Below are positions 1-10,005 of a stretch of 64,000 bases of DNA, piece after piece. Source of the DNA: Pseudogymnoascus verrucosus (Eukaryota); NCBI GenBank assembly GCA_001662655.1, contig KV460218.1; one strand, given 5' to 3'. Below the pieces are notes generated by a model that worked only from the letters and a program-made list of their open reading frames with translations, searched no databases and was not told the origin of the DNA. Made by a program: the position numbers and the translations under genes. Positions within the stretch are counted from its first letter, which is position 1; each line of letters opens with the position of its first letter.

Positions 1-54
1 ACGTTAAGACGACGTCTGTAAAAGAAGCCTTAGCTATGCTTGGCTACTCTTGGC

Positions 55-180
55 ATGTATCCGGATATATACTCGAGAGTATCCGGATACGCCGGATACT
101 CTTCAAATATTGCCGGGTAGGTATATACTCGAGGATATACCCGGATACCACGGGTATATTGGTATCCGTGCCGAACACTG
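55..180. mobile_element. Probable terminus of a hAT-like DNA transposon or MITE; the rest may lie left of the window
   Basis: The minus strand from 180 begins CAGTGTTCGGCACGGATACC, a CAGTGTT start seen in hAT TIRs. It is followed by a dense cluster of short GGATAC/GTATCC/GTATAT subterminal motifs. The partner TIR is not in the window. Confidence 0.45.
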
Positions 181-183
181 AAA

Positions 184-390
184 AGCATTGCGCAGTACAA
201 TATAATCGCTGGGCACTGAAGTGCCAATATTCCTTGTGTAGAATTTAAGTCCCAAATGAAAATTCAAAACGCAACAATTCCAAAAAATCAAATCTTGAGC
301 ATTGTGTAGTAAAATATAATCGCTGGGCACTGAAGTGCCAATATTCCTTGTGTAGAAGCAAGTCCCAAATAAAAATCCAAAATCCAAAAC
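184..390 (+). repeat. Two tandem copies (period about 114 bp) of a unit with hairpin GGCACTGAAGTGCC followed by CTTG (Helitron-like 3' end)
   Basis: AATATAATCGCTGGGCACTGAAGTGCCAATATTCCTTGTGTAGAA is identical at 199-243 and 313-357; the flanks are diverged copies. Confidence 0.7.
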
Positions 391-440
391 ACAAAAAATC
401 CAAAACCCAAATCATATCTTGCTATCCAATCTGTAGTCCC

Positions 441-2726
441 CTAATACACTGGATTTCCGTCGGCGGTCCAGTACGGCTTGCGCTCCTTCGGCACTCTTGG
501 CTGGCCCCAGACGCCGTTCTGAAAGTAATCGGTCTTCCAGCCATCACCCTGGCTAAACCCTGTCTCTGGTTTGTCTTTGTCGATAACGTCCACCGGATGG
601 CGAGCTTCGGGCCATTCGTGACCGGGCTCCCGCTTGGGGGGTTCGATGTTTTCAACGCCACGCTGGGCCCAGTAAAGCGGGTGTCTCGGTTTGCCGATCT
701 TTTTGATCAGGTCTTCGGACCACGCCTTATCTTGCTCAAAGGGAGACGGAGTCTTGAACGGATCTTTCAAGTAATCGAAAAACTCGGGGGCGTATTCCTC
801 GATATTAGAAACGGCTTTGGATTTGGCTTTGGGGTTGGCGAAGACGGGAACGTGGGGATTCTTCGCTTTGGCATCTGCCTCTTTGGACTTTCTCTCCCAT
901 ATCTGCTTCTTCCAGGCCTCGAAATCCTTTGTATACCGACCCTCTGCCTTCTGTTTCTCAAATTCTTCCCTGGACGCCTTTTCCTCGGCCTGTCTGGCCT
1001 TCGCGGCTTCTACCTTGGCGGCTTCTTTTGCTCTCTCCTTGTCGGCCTTTTCCTTGGAAGCCTTATCCTTGGCAGCTTTTTTCTCGGCATTTTCTTTTCT
1101 ACGTGTTTCAAAAGCTTGCACGAGTTCAGGCATAGCAGCATCCTTAGATTCTCTGCGTCTTAAAGTTGGCTCGGAAGGTTCCTCAAGGTCGCTGGTAGCC
1201 TCTTCGAAGTCGCTGGTATCCTCTTTGAAGTTGCTGTTATCCTCGTTGAAGTCGCTGGTATCCTCCTCAAAGCATCTGGTGATATTTACCGCAGTCCCGT
1301 TGGTGGTGTTGTTAAATGTAGTCCCATTGATGGTGGTGTTAAAGCCAGTTCCATTGAATTGTAGCGGCCCGGCACAAGGAAAAGGAGGTCCCGCAAGACG
1401 ACCCGGACGGCGGCTATTTCTGTCACCAGGCGTTGCAGGAATATACCTAGAATCCTCGTAATCCGAAGACTCAGGATTGTAATCCGAGAGAATAGGAAGA
1501 TCAACCGGCATTTCTTCTTGGTCATCGAACTCTTCATAATCATAATCCGAGGGAATAGGAAGCTCCACTGGCATTTCCTCAACGTCATCAGACTTCCCAG
1601 GATAATAATCCGAGGGAATAGGAAGCTCCACTGGAATTTCCTCGACTTCATCAGACTTATCAGGATAATGATCCGAAGAGATAGGAAGCTCCACCGGAAT
1701 TTCCTCTTGGTCATCAAACTCTTCATAATCATAATTCGAGGGGAGCGGAAGATCAACTGGAATTTCTAGACCTTCAGACTCTTTTGGTTCTTCAGACTTC
1801 GCATCGATGGGAGTGCCGATCTTAGGACCCAAGTGATGATCATCTGGGTGAGGCAGTCTATCAGCGTTGTCGATGGCTCTCGCACTGATGGGAGTGCCAA
1901 TCTTCGGGGGTAGGAGATGTCCATCCGGGCGCGGACGATTTTCGGCGTAATCGATAGCTCTCGCATTGATGGGAGTTCCAATCTTCGGAGCCAGGTGATG
2001 ATCATGGGAATAAGGCCGTTCGGTGTTGCCGATGGCCCTCACATCGATGGGAGTGCCAATCTTCGGGGTGAGGAGGTGGCCATTCGGGCGCGGAAGAATT
2101 TCGGTGTAATCGATGGCTCTCGCATCGATGGGAGTGCCAATCTTCGGAGCCAGGCCCGGATGATGGTCATCTGGATGGAGACGATTTTCGGTGTTGTCGA
2201 TGTATCTTGCATCAATAGGAGTGCCGATCTTCGGAGGGAGAAGATGCCCATTCGGGTGCGGAAGACTTCCAGTGTTGTCGATGGCTCTTGCATTAATGGG
2301 AGTGCCGATCTTCGGGCCCAAGTAATGGTCATTCGGGTTGGGTCTTTCCGTGTTGTCGGCGTTTCTCACTTCCTGACGGAAACCTCTCGAATGGACCTTC
2401 CGGTCACCGTCAAAGAGTTCGACGTGCTCACGCTCTTTCCCATTAGTGGGATCGGCAAATGGGCGATAGGGATGAACAATGATTTCTTCCTTGGGGGTAG
2501 CTATTTTGTTGTCGCGGGCTCCCATCATTCTTTTCAAGCCTTCGTCAGTCACCCCGTCGGCGAAGTGGTGGGGTGAAGTATGCTTGGCTGGCATGGGAGT
2601 GCCAACGAGCTGCGGAGGAGAGAAAGTATCCAGATTGAGAACGATTTTGGCATCTGGGTTCGCAACCGGAAGAGCACCGATCAGAGCAGGTGCGATGAGC
2701 ACCGCTGCAATGAGCTTGGAACGCAT
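441..2726 (-). CDS. Secreted 761-aa multi-repeat protein: signal peptide, 7 x ~27-aa PKIGTP repeats, 5 x 21-aa acidic repeats, short TSDFEE repeats, RRR site, charged C-terminal region
   Basis: Long uninterrupted ORF; hydrophobic N-terminus MRSKLIAAVLIAPALIGA; in-frame repeats visible in both DNA and protein. Confidence 0.85.
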   Translation of the reverse strand: MRSKLIAAVLIAPALIGALPVANPDAKIVLNLDTFSPPQLVGTPMPAKHTSPHHFADGVTDEGLKRMMGARDNKIATPKEEIIVHPYRPFADPTNGKEREHVELFDGDRKVHSRGFRQEVRNADNTERPNPNDHYLGPKIGTPINARAIDNTGSLPHPNGHLLPPKIGTPIDARYIDNTENRLHPDDHHPGLAPKIGTPIDARAIDYTEILPRPNGHLLTPKIGTPIDVRAIGNTERPYSHDHHLAPKIGTPINARAIDYAENRPRPDGHLLPPKIGTPISARAIDNADRLPHPDDHHLGPKIGTPIDAKSEEPKESEGLEIPVDLPLPSNYDYEEFDDQEEIPVELPISSDHYPDKSDEVEEIPVELPIPSDYYPGKSDDVEEMPVELPIPSDYDYEEFDDQEEMPVDLPILSDYNPESSDYEDSRYIPATPGDRNSRRPGRLAGPPFPCAGPLQFNGTGFNTTINGTTFNNTTNGTAVNITRCFEEDTSDFNEDNSNFKEDTSDFEEATSDLEEPSEPTLRRRESKDAAMPELVQAFETRRKENAEKKAAKDKASKEKADKERAKEAAKVEAAKARQAEEKASREEFEKQKAEGRYTKDFEAWKKQIWERKSKEADAKAKNPHVPVFANPKAKSKAVSNIEEYAPEFFDYLKDPFKTPSPFEQDKAWSEDLIKKIGKPRHPLYWAQRGVENIEPPKREPGHEWPEARHPVDVIDKDKPETGFSQGDGWKTDYFQNGVWGQPRVPKERKPYWTADGNPVY

Positions 2727-3202
2727 GGTTACAAAACCGTCGGTATAAGCTGGAAGCTAGGCTTGCGGTATTGAGACTACTATATCTAAGAGAATATGAT
2801 AGGAGGAGTGTTGAAAGCCGAGGATTCCAAAAGTATGAACCAAGATGACGATGTGATAATTTTTGGGGAGAGAGAGAAGGAAAGGGAGGAAAGAGGGAAG
2901 AAGAGACGAATACATACACCCTTTCCAGACCATATGAAAATGAACCCCTATGAGTATTCACCTACCGCTAGAAGCTTCACTAGAAGGTCGAAGTTAGAAC
3001 GGTGCCAGCTAGCCTCCAACTTGACTTCGCCGGCGTCGAGCTATTTCGGGTAGCGCAATCTGATATGGCAGCACAGCAAATATCACGCTGTCAAATTTTG
3101 AAGGCAGCACTGGAGACAAATAAACTGAAATAGATGCACCCAGCTCCAAGATAAACGCCATGAAGCCCGCTCTAACATATAACATCGGCCAGAGTTCTAG
3201 TA

Positions 3203-3946
3203 TTAACTCTTCAGTGCCTCCAGCCGGCCCCTCATTTGACTGAGCATCTCCTCTGCATCTTCCTCCTCCTCTTCTTCTTCTGCAGGTACGCTCGGCGCCG
3301 CCTCCACTGGCGTGGCACCAACCTTTCCCATTTTGTCCTTCAAGATCTCGCCCAGTACCTTGTCTACTTCGCTCTCCGCCTCCTCCTCGTCTTCTTCGTC
3401 CAGGCTAAGCTCCGGTAGCATATCCGCGCTCATCTCCTCGATGACTCCTGCCTTCACTAGCTCCCGGCTAAGCTCTTGCATGGTGCCCATAAGTTCAGGT
3501 AGCCTGATAAGATGATTCACATCTTTCATGATCCCAGTGCTAGCACGTAAACTCCCCTCGATCTTCTTTGTCGCAAAAGCCTCCGATACCTGCATCGACA
3601 CACTCTGTAGTTGCGCCTTGCTCGTAATCAGCCGACTCGTAGTTTTCCTCGCCCGTATCAGTTCCCGCGCAAAGACTCTCGTCTCCGCGCTCGCCTGCTT
3701 CGCCTGTGCGGGGTTGCGCTGCGCCCGCCGCGACGCTTGGCGGATGAGGTCTTTCGTCTTATTCTCGACAGTCTTGAGTTGCGCAATGTCGCGATCGAGT
3801 TTGCGTGTGTTCGCGCGGATGAGCTGGTTGCATTTCCGGACCTGCAAGGTGTCAGACAGTCCTGTCATTTGGGCCGATGATGGCGGGGTGGTACCTACCT
3901 GGGCCTGCGGGTCCGGCTTGAAGAAGACAGACCTGATGGACTCCAT
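3203..3946 (-). CDS. VPS24: ESCRT-III subunit Vps24 (Snf7 family); one 57-nt intron at 3842-3898
   Basis: Motifs RKLDRDI, ARELIRARK, SKAQLQSV, MQELSRELVKAG and C-terminal MIM MRGRLEALKS; GTAGGT...CTGAC...CAG intron. Confidence 0.92.
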   Translation of the reverse strand: MESIRSVFFKPDPQAQVGTTPPSSAQMTGLSDTLQVRKCNQLIRANTRKLDRDIAQLKTVENKTKDLIRQASRRAQRNPAQAKQASAETRVFARELIRARKTTSRLITSKAQLQSVSMQVSEAFATKKIEGSLRASTGIMKDVNHLIRLPELMGTMQELSRELVKAGVIEEMSADMLPELSLDEEDEEEAESEVDKVLGEILKDKMGKVGATPVEAAPSVPAEEEEEEEDAEEMLSQMRGRLEALKS

Positions 3947-4552
3947 CGTGAGGAAAGGCCGCTGGGTTCGAGATAGAGGCTATGAGCTGTCGCCAGCTAT
4001 TACTCTAATTGTTGATAGAGCTTGTTCATGCGCGGTTGTGTGAATGATTGCGGCGGCGACTTTGGTGAGTTGCCTTGATTGACAGTGTTCGAGGTCACTT
4101 GAGGCTCAACCATCGCCAATCAGTGACGTGTGGTAGCTTTTAATAGCGAACTGGGTGGGGTCATGATTAAAGTTGAATCAGTCCTACAGGCACAACTTAA
4201 ATAAATCGTAAATAAATTGAAGACAATATATCGCGGTACGGATTAGATAAATTAAACATGAATATAGAAATGATTATTTAATTGTGAATGACCAATGGAC
4301 AACCTGTTGTTGTAACCTGATTTCCAAACCTGGGGAGCCTTGTGGGCAATTCTCCAAGATTCGTTGGCCTTCTTTATTTCTCCACCACAGCCTCGTCTGG
4401 CGTCAAGCGCCGCACAACCTCAAATCGTCTCGGAAGCGACTTTCTGGTCTGGACTCTCTACAAACAGACGAAGCATCTGAATTCCATCTCAACGACACAT
4501 AAGCTGAATACAAGAAGCTCATATTTTTGACTTCAATTCTACTTATTATATT

Positions 4553-5473
4553 ATGTCTGCCACTACAGTTACCCCAGAGGGTGAGTTCACCCCCCTCCAA
4601 TGGCTGGTTGAAGACCTCAAGGCTACATCGACGATGCGCCTCTATCAAGCCGCGGTCGTGCCACAATCCCATCACAGATTGATGTCACATCAAGAGCAAT
4701 GACTAATAATTCACAGTCCTCTGGGCCCAGCGCTCAAACGCAACCGAGCCAGAGAAGAACTACATCTACCTCACCATCTCCGTGCCCGACTGCAAGAAGG
4801 AGGACCTCAAGCTTGATCTCAAGCCCACCGGCCTCACCTTCAGCGGCAAGTCCGACAGCCTGAAGAAGTCGTACCACGTTGAGCTCGAGCTCTTCGCCGA
4901 GATCGATGTCGATAACAGCAAGATCAACCACACCTCCAAGAACATCGAGCTGGTTCTCAGGAAGAAGGAGGCCAAGGAGGAGTTCTGGCCAAGACTCCTC
5001 AAGGACTCGAAGAAGGTCCACTACCTGAAGACTGACTTTGACAAGGTACGTTTGCCTTACAGCAATGGGCGGTGAACTAGATACTGATATTAGCAGTGGG
5101 TTGATGAGGATGAGCAAGAGGAGGCACCAGAGGAGGACCTCGGTGGAATGGGCGGCATGCCACCAGGTAAGCAATAACGCTCGTCATATAGTATCATATC
5201 TAACAAGTCATAGGAGGAATGGGCGGCATGGGCGGTGCAGGAGGAATGGGTGGTATGGACATGGCCTCCATGATGGGCGGCATGGGCGGTGCAGGCGGCG
5301 ACTTTGGCGGCATTGATTTCTCCAAGCTCGGTGCGATGGGCGGAATGGGAGGAATGGGTGGAATGGGCGATATGGATGATGAGGGAGAGGATGATGATGA
5401 GCTCCCCGCGCTCGAGGAGCAGGAGGGAGGTGACAAGGCAAAGTCCTCCGACAAGATTGAGGAGATCAACTAA
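4553..5473 (+). CDS. SBA1: Hsp90 co-chaperone p23 (Sba1/Wos2); multi-exon, first intron 4581-4717
   Basis: Spliced reading MSATTVTPE-VLWAQRS, FWPRLLK, YLKTDFDKWVDEDEQ, then a Gly/Met-rich acidic tail ending KIEEIN. Confidence 0.93.
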
Positions 5474-6098
5474 GCGCGTATGGGGTGTCGATAGACCGCC
5501 TGTGTCTGTGACGTGGGCCTAGGTTGGGGAGTATCAAGAAAGGGTTATTTGGCAGAGGAAACTAAAATAGCATTTTCTTGTTGAATATTTCCACTACATA
5601 TCGGACTGGGTTTCACGTGTTATTTGACTGACGGTGTGATTGTCACTTGCTTACTTTTGAACCGAACGAGGCGCTAGGAGTCCAAATACCGGCCGTGGTC
5701 CTTCGCGAATTTCCATATATTCCTTGCTGGAGAATACAGGGCGGTGACTCCACTCATCAGTCCTCAGTCCTTCTCAACATCCATCTTCTTTGTTCTTACA
5801 CGCAACAGTGTTTCGTCTCCCACGACTACCTGTCCAATGCCTCATCTCCCAGATACTCTCACTTGTACTATTACATGACATTGTGATATAGTGGTTCTTT
5901 TGAGCGGTCGAAACAGGAAACGGACACTATTATAGAATGGTTGGGTTTATTTTCTGGGCACTATTTTTGAAGTTCTGACAATCCTCAAGGCAGAAGCATG
6001 CAGCACCGCCTCACTCACAACCTATATAATCCACCTCACCCCACCCCACCTCACCTCACCACAGCCCTCCCTAAACTAAATTCACCCATCCACCCACC

Positions 6099-6692
6099 AT
6101 GGAACAACCACGCCAATACATAATCCAACTATCCGGCCTCCCCGGCTCCGGCAAAAGCACCATCGCCCACCGCCTCGCCCGCTCCATAGACGGCATAGTA
6201 ATAAACCACGACCTCCTCAAATCCTTCTTCCTCGACACCTCCGCATCCACCTCTACCTCCACCGCCACCAGCCTCGACCAAGCCGCCAAGCTCGCCTACA
6301 CGCTCGACTGGATCCTCGCCGAGGACCTCCTCAAGCAAGGCCGCAGCGTCATCATCGACAGCGTGTGCAACTACACCACGCTGATCGAGAAAGGTGTAGA
6401 ATTAGCGGAGAAGTTCGGCTGCGAGTATCGCTTTGTGGAGTGTAGGGTGCAGGATGTGGAGGTGTTGGATAGGAGATTAAAGGGGAGAGTAGCGATGAGG
6501 AGTCAGAGGACGGGGATTGATGCGCCGCCGGTGGATGCGGAGGGGGTGGGGGAGGGGAGTGTGGATCATCGCGAGGTGCTGAGGAGGAAGTTGGAGAATC
6601 CGGTGCGTCCGGGTAGTGGTGCTATTGTTGTGGACTCGAGTGGGAGTACGGAGGAGTGTGTGGAGGAGATTTTGAGGAGGATTGTGCTTTGA
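6099..6692 (+). CDS. P-loop nucleotide kinase-like protein (AAA_33-type)
   Basis: Walker A GLPGSGKST, Walker B-like SVIIDS, lid motif RRLKGR; single exon. Confidence 0.85.
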   Translation: MEQPRQYIIQLSGLPGSGKSTIAHRLARSIDGIVINHDLLKSFFLDTSASTSTSTATSLDQAAKLAYTLDWILAEDLLKQGRSVIIDSVCNYTTLIEKGVELAEKFGCEYRFVECRVQDVEVLDRRLKGRVAMRSQRTGIDAPPVDAEGVGEGSVDHREVLRRKLENPVRPGSGAIVVDSSGSTEECVEEILRRIVL

Positions 6693-7032
6693 GTGACTGG
6701 TGTGAGATGAAGGAGTCGTGCAAGTCTAAATTGGGAGATGAGGTGGGTAGAAACTGTCGATTAGGATCGGGGTTATGGACGCCAGACCGGACTATGAACA
6801 GAAAGATCCAGTCCGCATTCTTTGAACTGTGAGATTCTGGTTGGTGTAAGTCGTGCTATAGGTACTAGGAAGCCCCAAATCGACTTATACTACCTATCAA
6901 CTCAGATATTAGGCCGGAGAATTCAAGATAAAGGGGTTGTCCGATAGTATCCCAAAGCCATTTCGTTTTCTTTCTCTGCATATGTAAAAAGGGCCGTGGC
7001 CACCTAACAAAATGGAGAATGACCGCTGCCAC

Positions 7033-7640
7033 TTAATTGCTGCTCCTCCTGCTAATGGCCTTCCGGAGAACCTCTCGGACTACGATTTCATCGTCGCCCA
7101 TCGAGGAGGAAAGTCGCGCCGCCGGAATCTCTTGAAGCTTTTTCTCCGCAAGTTCCTGAATCTGCTTTAGCTTTTCGGTCCTGGTAGTACTCTCGCTAGA
7201 CTCTGGCAAGGTTTTATTTGCTGCTATGTGGAGGAGGGCGTAAAAGTTTGTACCTGGCGTTAAGGTCGATTCCGTGTCGAGAGAGATGATTGTGTAGGAG
7301 ATAGAGCGGCAACGGTCCGGGAGGAGACGAAATGGGAGAAGAATAGGAGCGAGGGGTAATAAGAGAGTAAGAGAGAGGGGGAGAGGAGAGTAATTACGGT
7401 TGGGAAGCTGAGCGGAATAATGATAGCACCGTAGAGGAGGGAGGAGATGGTTACAAACTGAGATATAGAGACGGGCGAAGCGATAACCCCATTTATGAGG
7501 AAGCAGCGTAGCATCGTATCTGTATGTTGATAGAAGAGGAAGAGAGACTCTACTATGGTCCGCTCTCAAGAGGACCTTACGAGTAACATCCTATGGTCTA
7601 CGTTTATGGGATATAAATCGGTGCGCTGTTATGAAATTTG
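7033..7640 (-). pseudogene. Possible degenerate gene of unknown function
   Basis: A protein-like frame (HRFISHKRRP*DVTRKVLLRAD...WGYRFARLY...ELAEKKLQEIPAARL) is broken by a TAG that could be a mutated TGG, and has no clear ATG. Confidence 0.25.
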
Positions 7641-9579
7641 AAACGAGAATGAAGGTGTTATTTTTTTAAGTTCATATTTATATTTATATTTACTATTTTG
7701 GCCATTAATCACCTCACGCTGTAAGTTACATATCACAGCCTTTCAATGAGGCTAGTACTCAGATATCAAGTCCTAGATATGAATCCCCAGCTATTCACAG
7801 TCCCCCCTCCTCCTCTATCCAGCACGATCTCCTTCTCATCCCAATATCAACCCCTTATCAAAATGAGAACTCACCCCCCCCCCCCATCACGTGAAACACA
7901 ACATATAAAAGCCTACTAAACCTACACTCACAAACTACCTCTAGCAAACCAACCTACCACCTACCTACCTCCCATCTCTCATCTCCCAATCCCTAAACCC
8001 TCAGCACATTCGACTCACAATGACCTGTCTGTCTAACAACACATCCCCAAGGCAACACAACCCCGTGACCCCATCCCCAACCGCCTCACCCCCCAAGCCT
8101 CGTCACCTCCCAAGGTCACGTCCACAACCCAGCCCAGCCCAGCCCACGTCACCACCACCAGCCTCACCCCCAACGCCCAACTCCCCCCATCCCCTCACGA
8201 GCCACCACCACCAGGCACCCACCACCGCATCATCCCACGCCCCCCTCACCAAACCCATCACCAAGCCCAGGGCGCCTAACTCCCACCCCCGATACCGCAC
8301 GATCGCCAGATCCTCTCTCGCTCCCGCATTCCCGTTCCTGGCATACGAACGCGTGCCAAGGTGTGATGGGGGTGTGATGACCCTCTCTAGTCTGCCTATG
8401 AACTACTGTGCCAGAAACGTGATGGACGACGCACGCGAATGAGGGTGTTCATCACGTTTTTTTGGGTGGTGTGGGATGGAAGGGGTGGGGGCGTGGGGTG
8501 TGGGGGTTGTTGTTGTGGTTGTGGTATTTTTGGGATCGTGGTGGTGGTGGTGGTGGTGGGAGGATGTGGCTTGGAGGGAGGGAGAGGGAAGGTGGTGGGA
8601 GGTAGGAAGAGGGGAAGGAGGAGGAGGCTTGGATCAGGCGTGTGGGGGCGTGGGATAAACACCCAGAGGCAGGCTCACGCGTGCTTAATCCTCTGGCTAC
8701 GCGCGTCCCAACTCTCATATCGCGATCGTCGCGTCGCGGGTGTATTTTATGGTTATACTTCCTTTTCGCGACGATACTCACTCAGGAGTTTCAATATTGT
8801 CTGTCGACGGAAAGGAAATATGACAAGACAGCGAGATGAGAGTGACAGACAGACAAAACAAAGGAACAAAGAAACCAACAAACATAGCCCCCACGAAAGG
8901 AAAGGGTAATTCCCAAGAACTGCACAGGATCGAGATCCCATCACCCATCACACCACTATCACACACCACTATCTCATCACGTTACCCCTCCCCCTCCTCT
9001 CACCACCCCTTGCCTCCTCCCAAAGTCGTCCGTACCATACAGCACCACCGGCTCACACCCGCCTTCTCCCCGCCCCTCGATCGACGCACAACAACCCCAT
9101 CGCGATCTCAGTACAACAGCGGAATCCAAAAAAAAGTGACAGCTCCCCCCGTCTCATCTCAGCACACACAAAGCCCGCGACGTCGCATCCAAGAGCGCCC
9201 TCCCGCTGCGTCGGGACGGAAGGGGGAGTAACATCACACCACCGCTGTACTCCAGTGCTTGGGTAGGTGAGTGTACGGGAGATCCTTGGCAGGGTTGTTT
9301 GTCGGTTTGGGAGGGCGGGGAGATGGAGCGGTGCGCCGCGGTTGGTTGGTCGGTGATGCAATTTACCGAGATTCCCCTTTGAGATTTATTTGGCTTGTGT
9401 GATGCGATGCGATGAGAGGGAGATGTAGGTACGGTACGGGGCCGTTATGCATGGCGGGAAGGCGGCTGCGCGCCGGCATGAATCGTATACGCGCTGTTTG
9501 TCTTGTCATGTCTTGTCATGTCAGGTACGATAACTCAAATTCGCAAGTTATAGTACATACATACATGATGTGGACCTAC

Positions 9580-10005
9580 CACCCGCGGCAGCTCGGGAGG
9601 GAGGGACGATAGCAAACCCAGCGATCTGTCTCTTCGGCTCTGCTAGTTACTCAAATCTCTTCATTTTCCAAAGCAGAGAAGCGTAGAAGATGAGTGGAGC
9701 ACCCGCGGGACCTCGGGAGGAAGGGAGGGAGGGACGATACGATAGCAAACCCAACGATCTGTCCTGTCCCCCCTCTCTTGTTACTCAAATCTCTTCACTT
9801 CCCCAAGCACGCAGCGTAGAGTACGAGGTGGAGCAGCCGCGGCAACTCAGGGGAGCGAAAACCCAACGACCCGTTTAACACATCCCCTACATCTAGTTTT
9901 TCTCTCTCCTCCGAGGCACTGTAGTGTCGCTCAGGCACTTGATCAAAAGTTACATGTGGAGCCCCCCCCGCGGAAGGAGGGAGGAAGCAGACCCAACGAT
10001 CTCTC
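9580..10005 (+). repeat. Degenerate tandem repeat, about 4 copies, period about 120-135 bp
   Basis: The core CCGCGG...GGGAG...ACCCA(A/G)CGA recurs near 9582, 9702, 9837 and 9968. The first two copies also share GTTACTCAAATCTCTTCA. Confidence 0.7.

Noticed and set aside
184..390. CRISPR-like repeat-spacer array
   Set aside because: Only two copies, the 'spacers' are homologous, the context is eukaryotic and there are no cas genes.
441..2726. Dikaritin/ustiloxin-type RiPP cluster
   Set aside because: The repeats lack KR separators, and no DUF3328 or tyrosinase gene is in the window; neighbours left of the window are unseen.
5140..5380. Gly/Met repeats as a prion-like domain
   Set aside because: This is the usual C-terminal tail of fungal p23/Sba1.
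7980..8010. CCCTAAACCCT as a possible telomerase RNA template
   Set aside because: It does not match the TAACCCTAA template expected for TTAGGG, and I could not identify a pseudoknot or CR4/5 domain.
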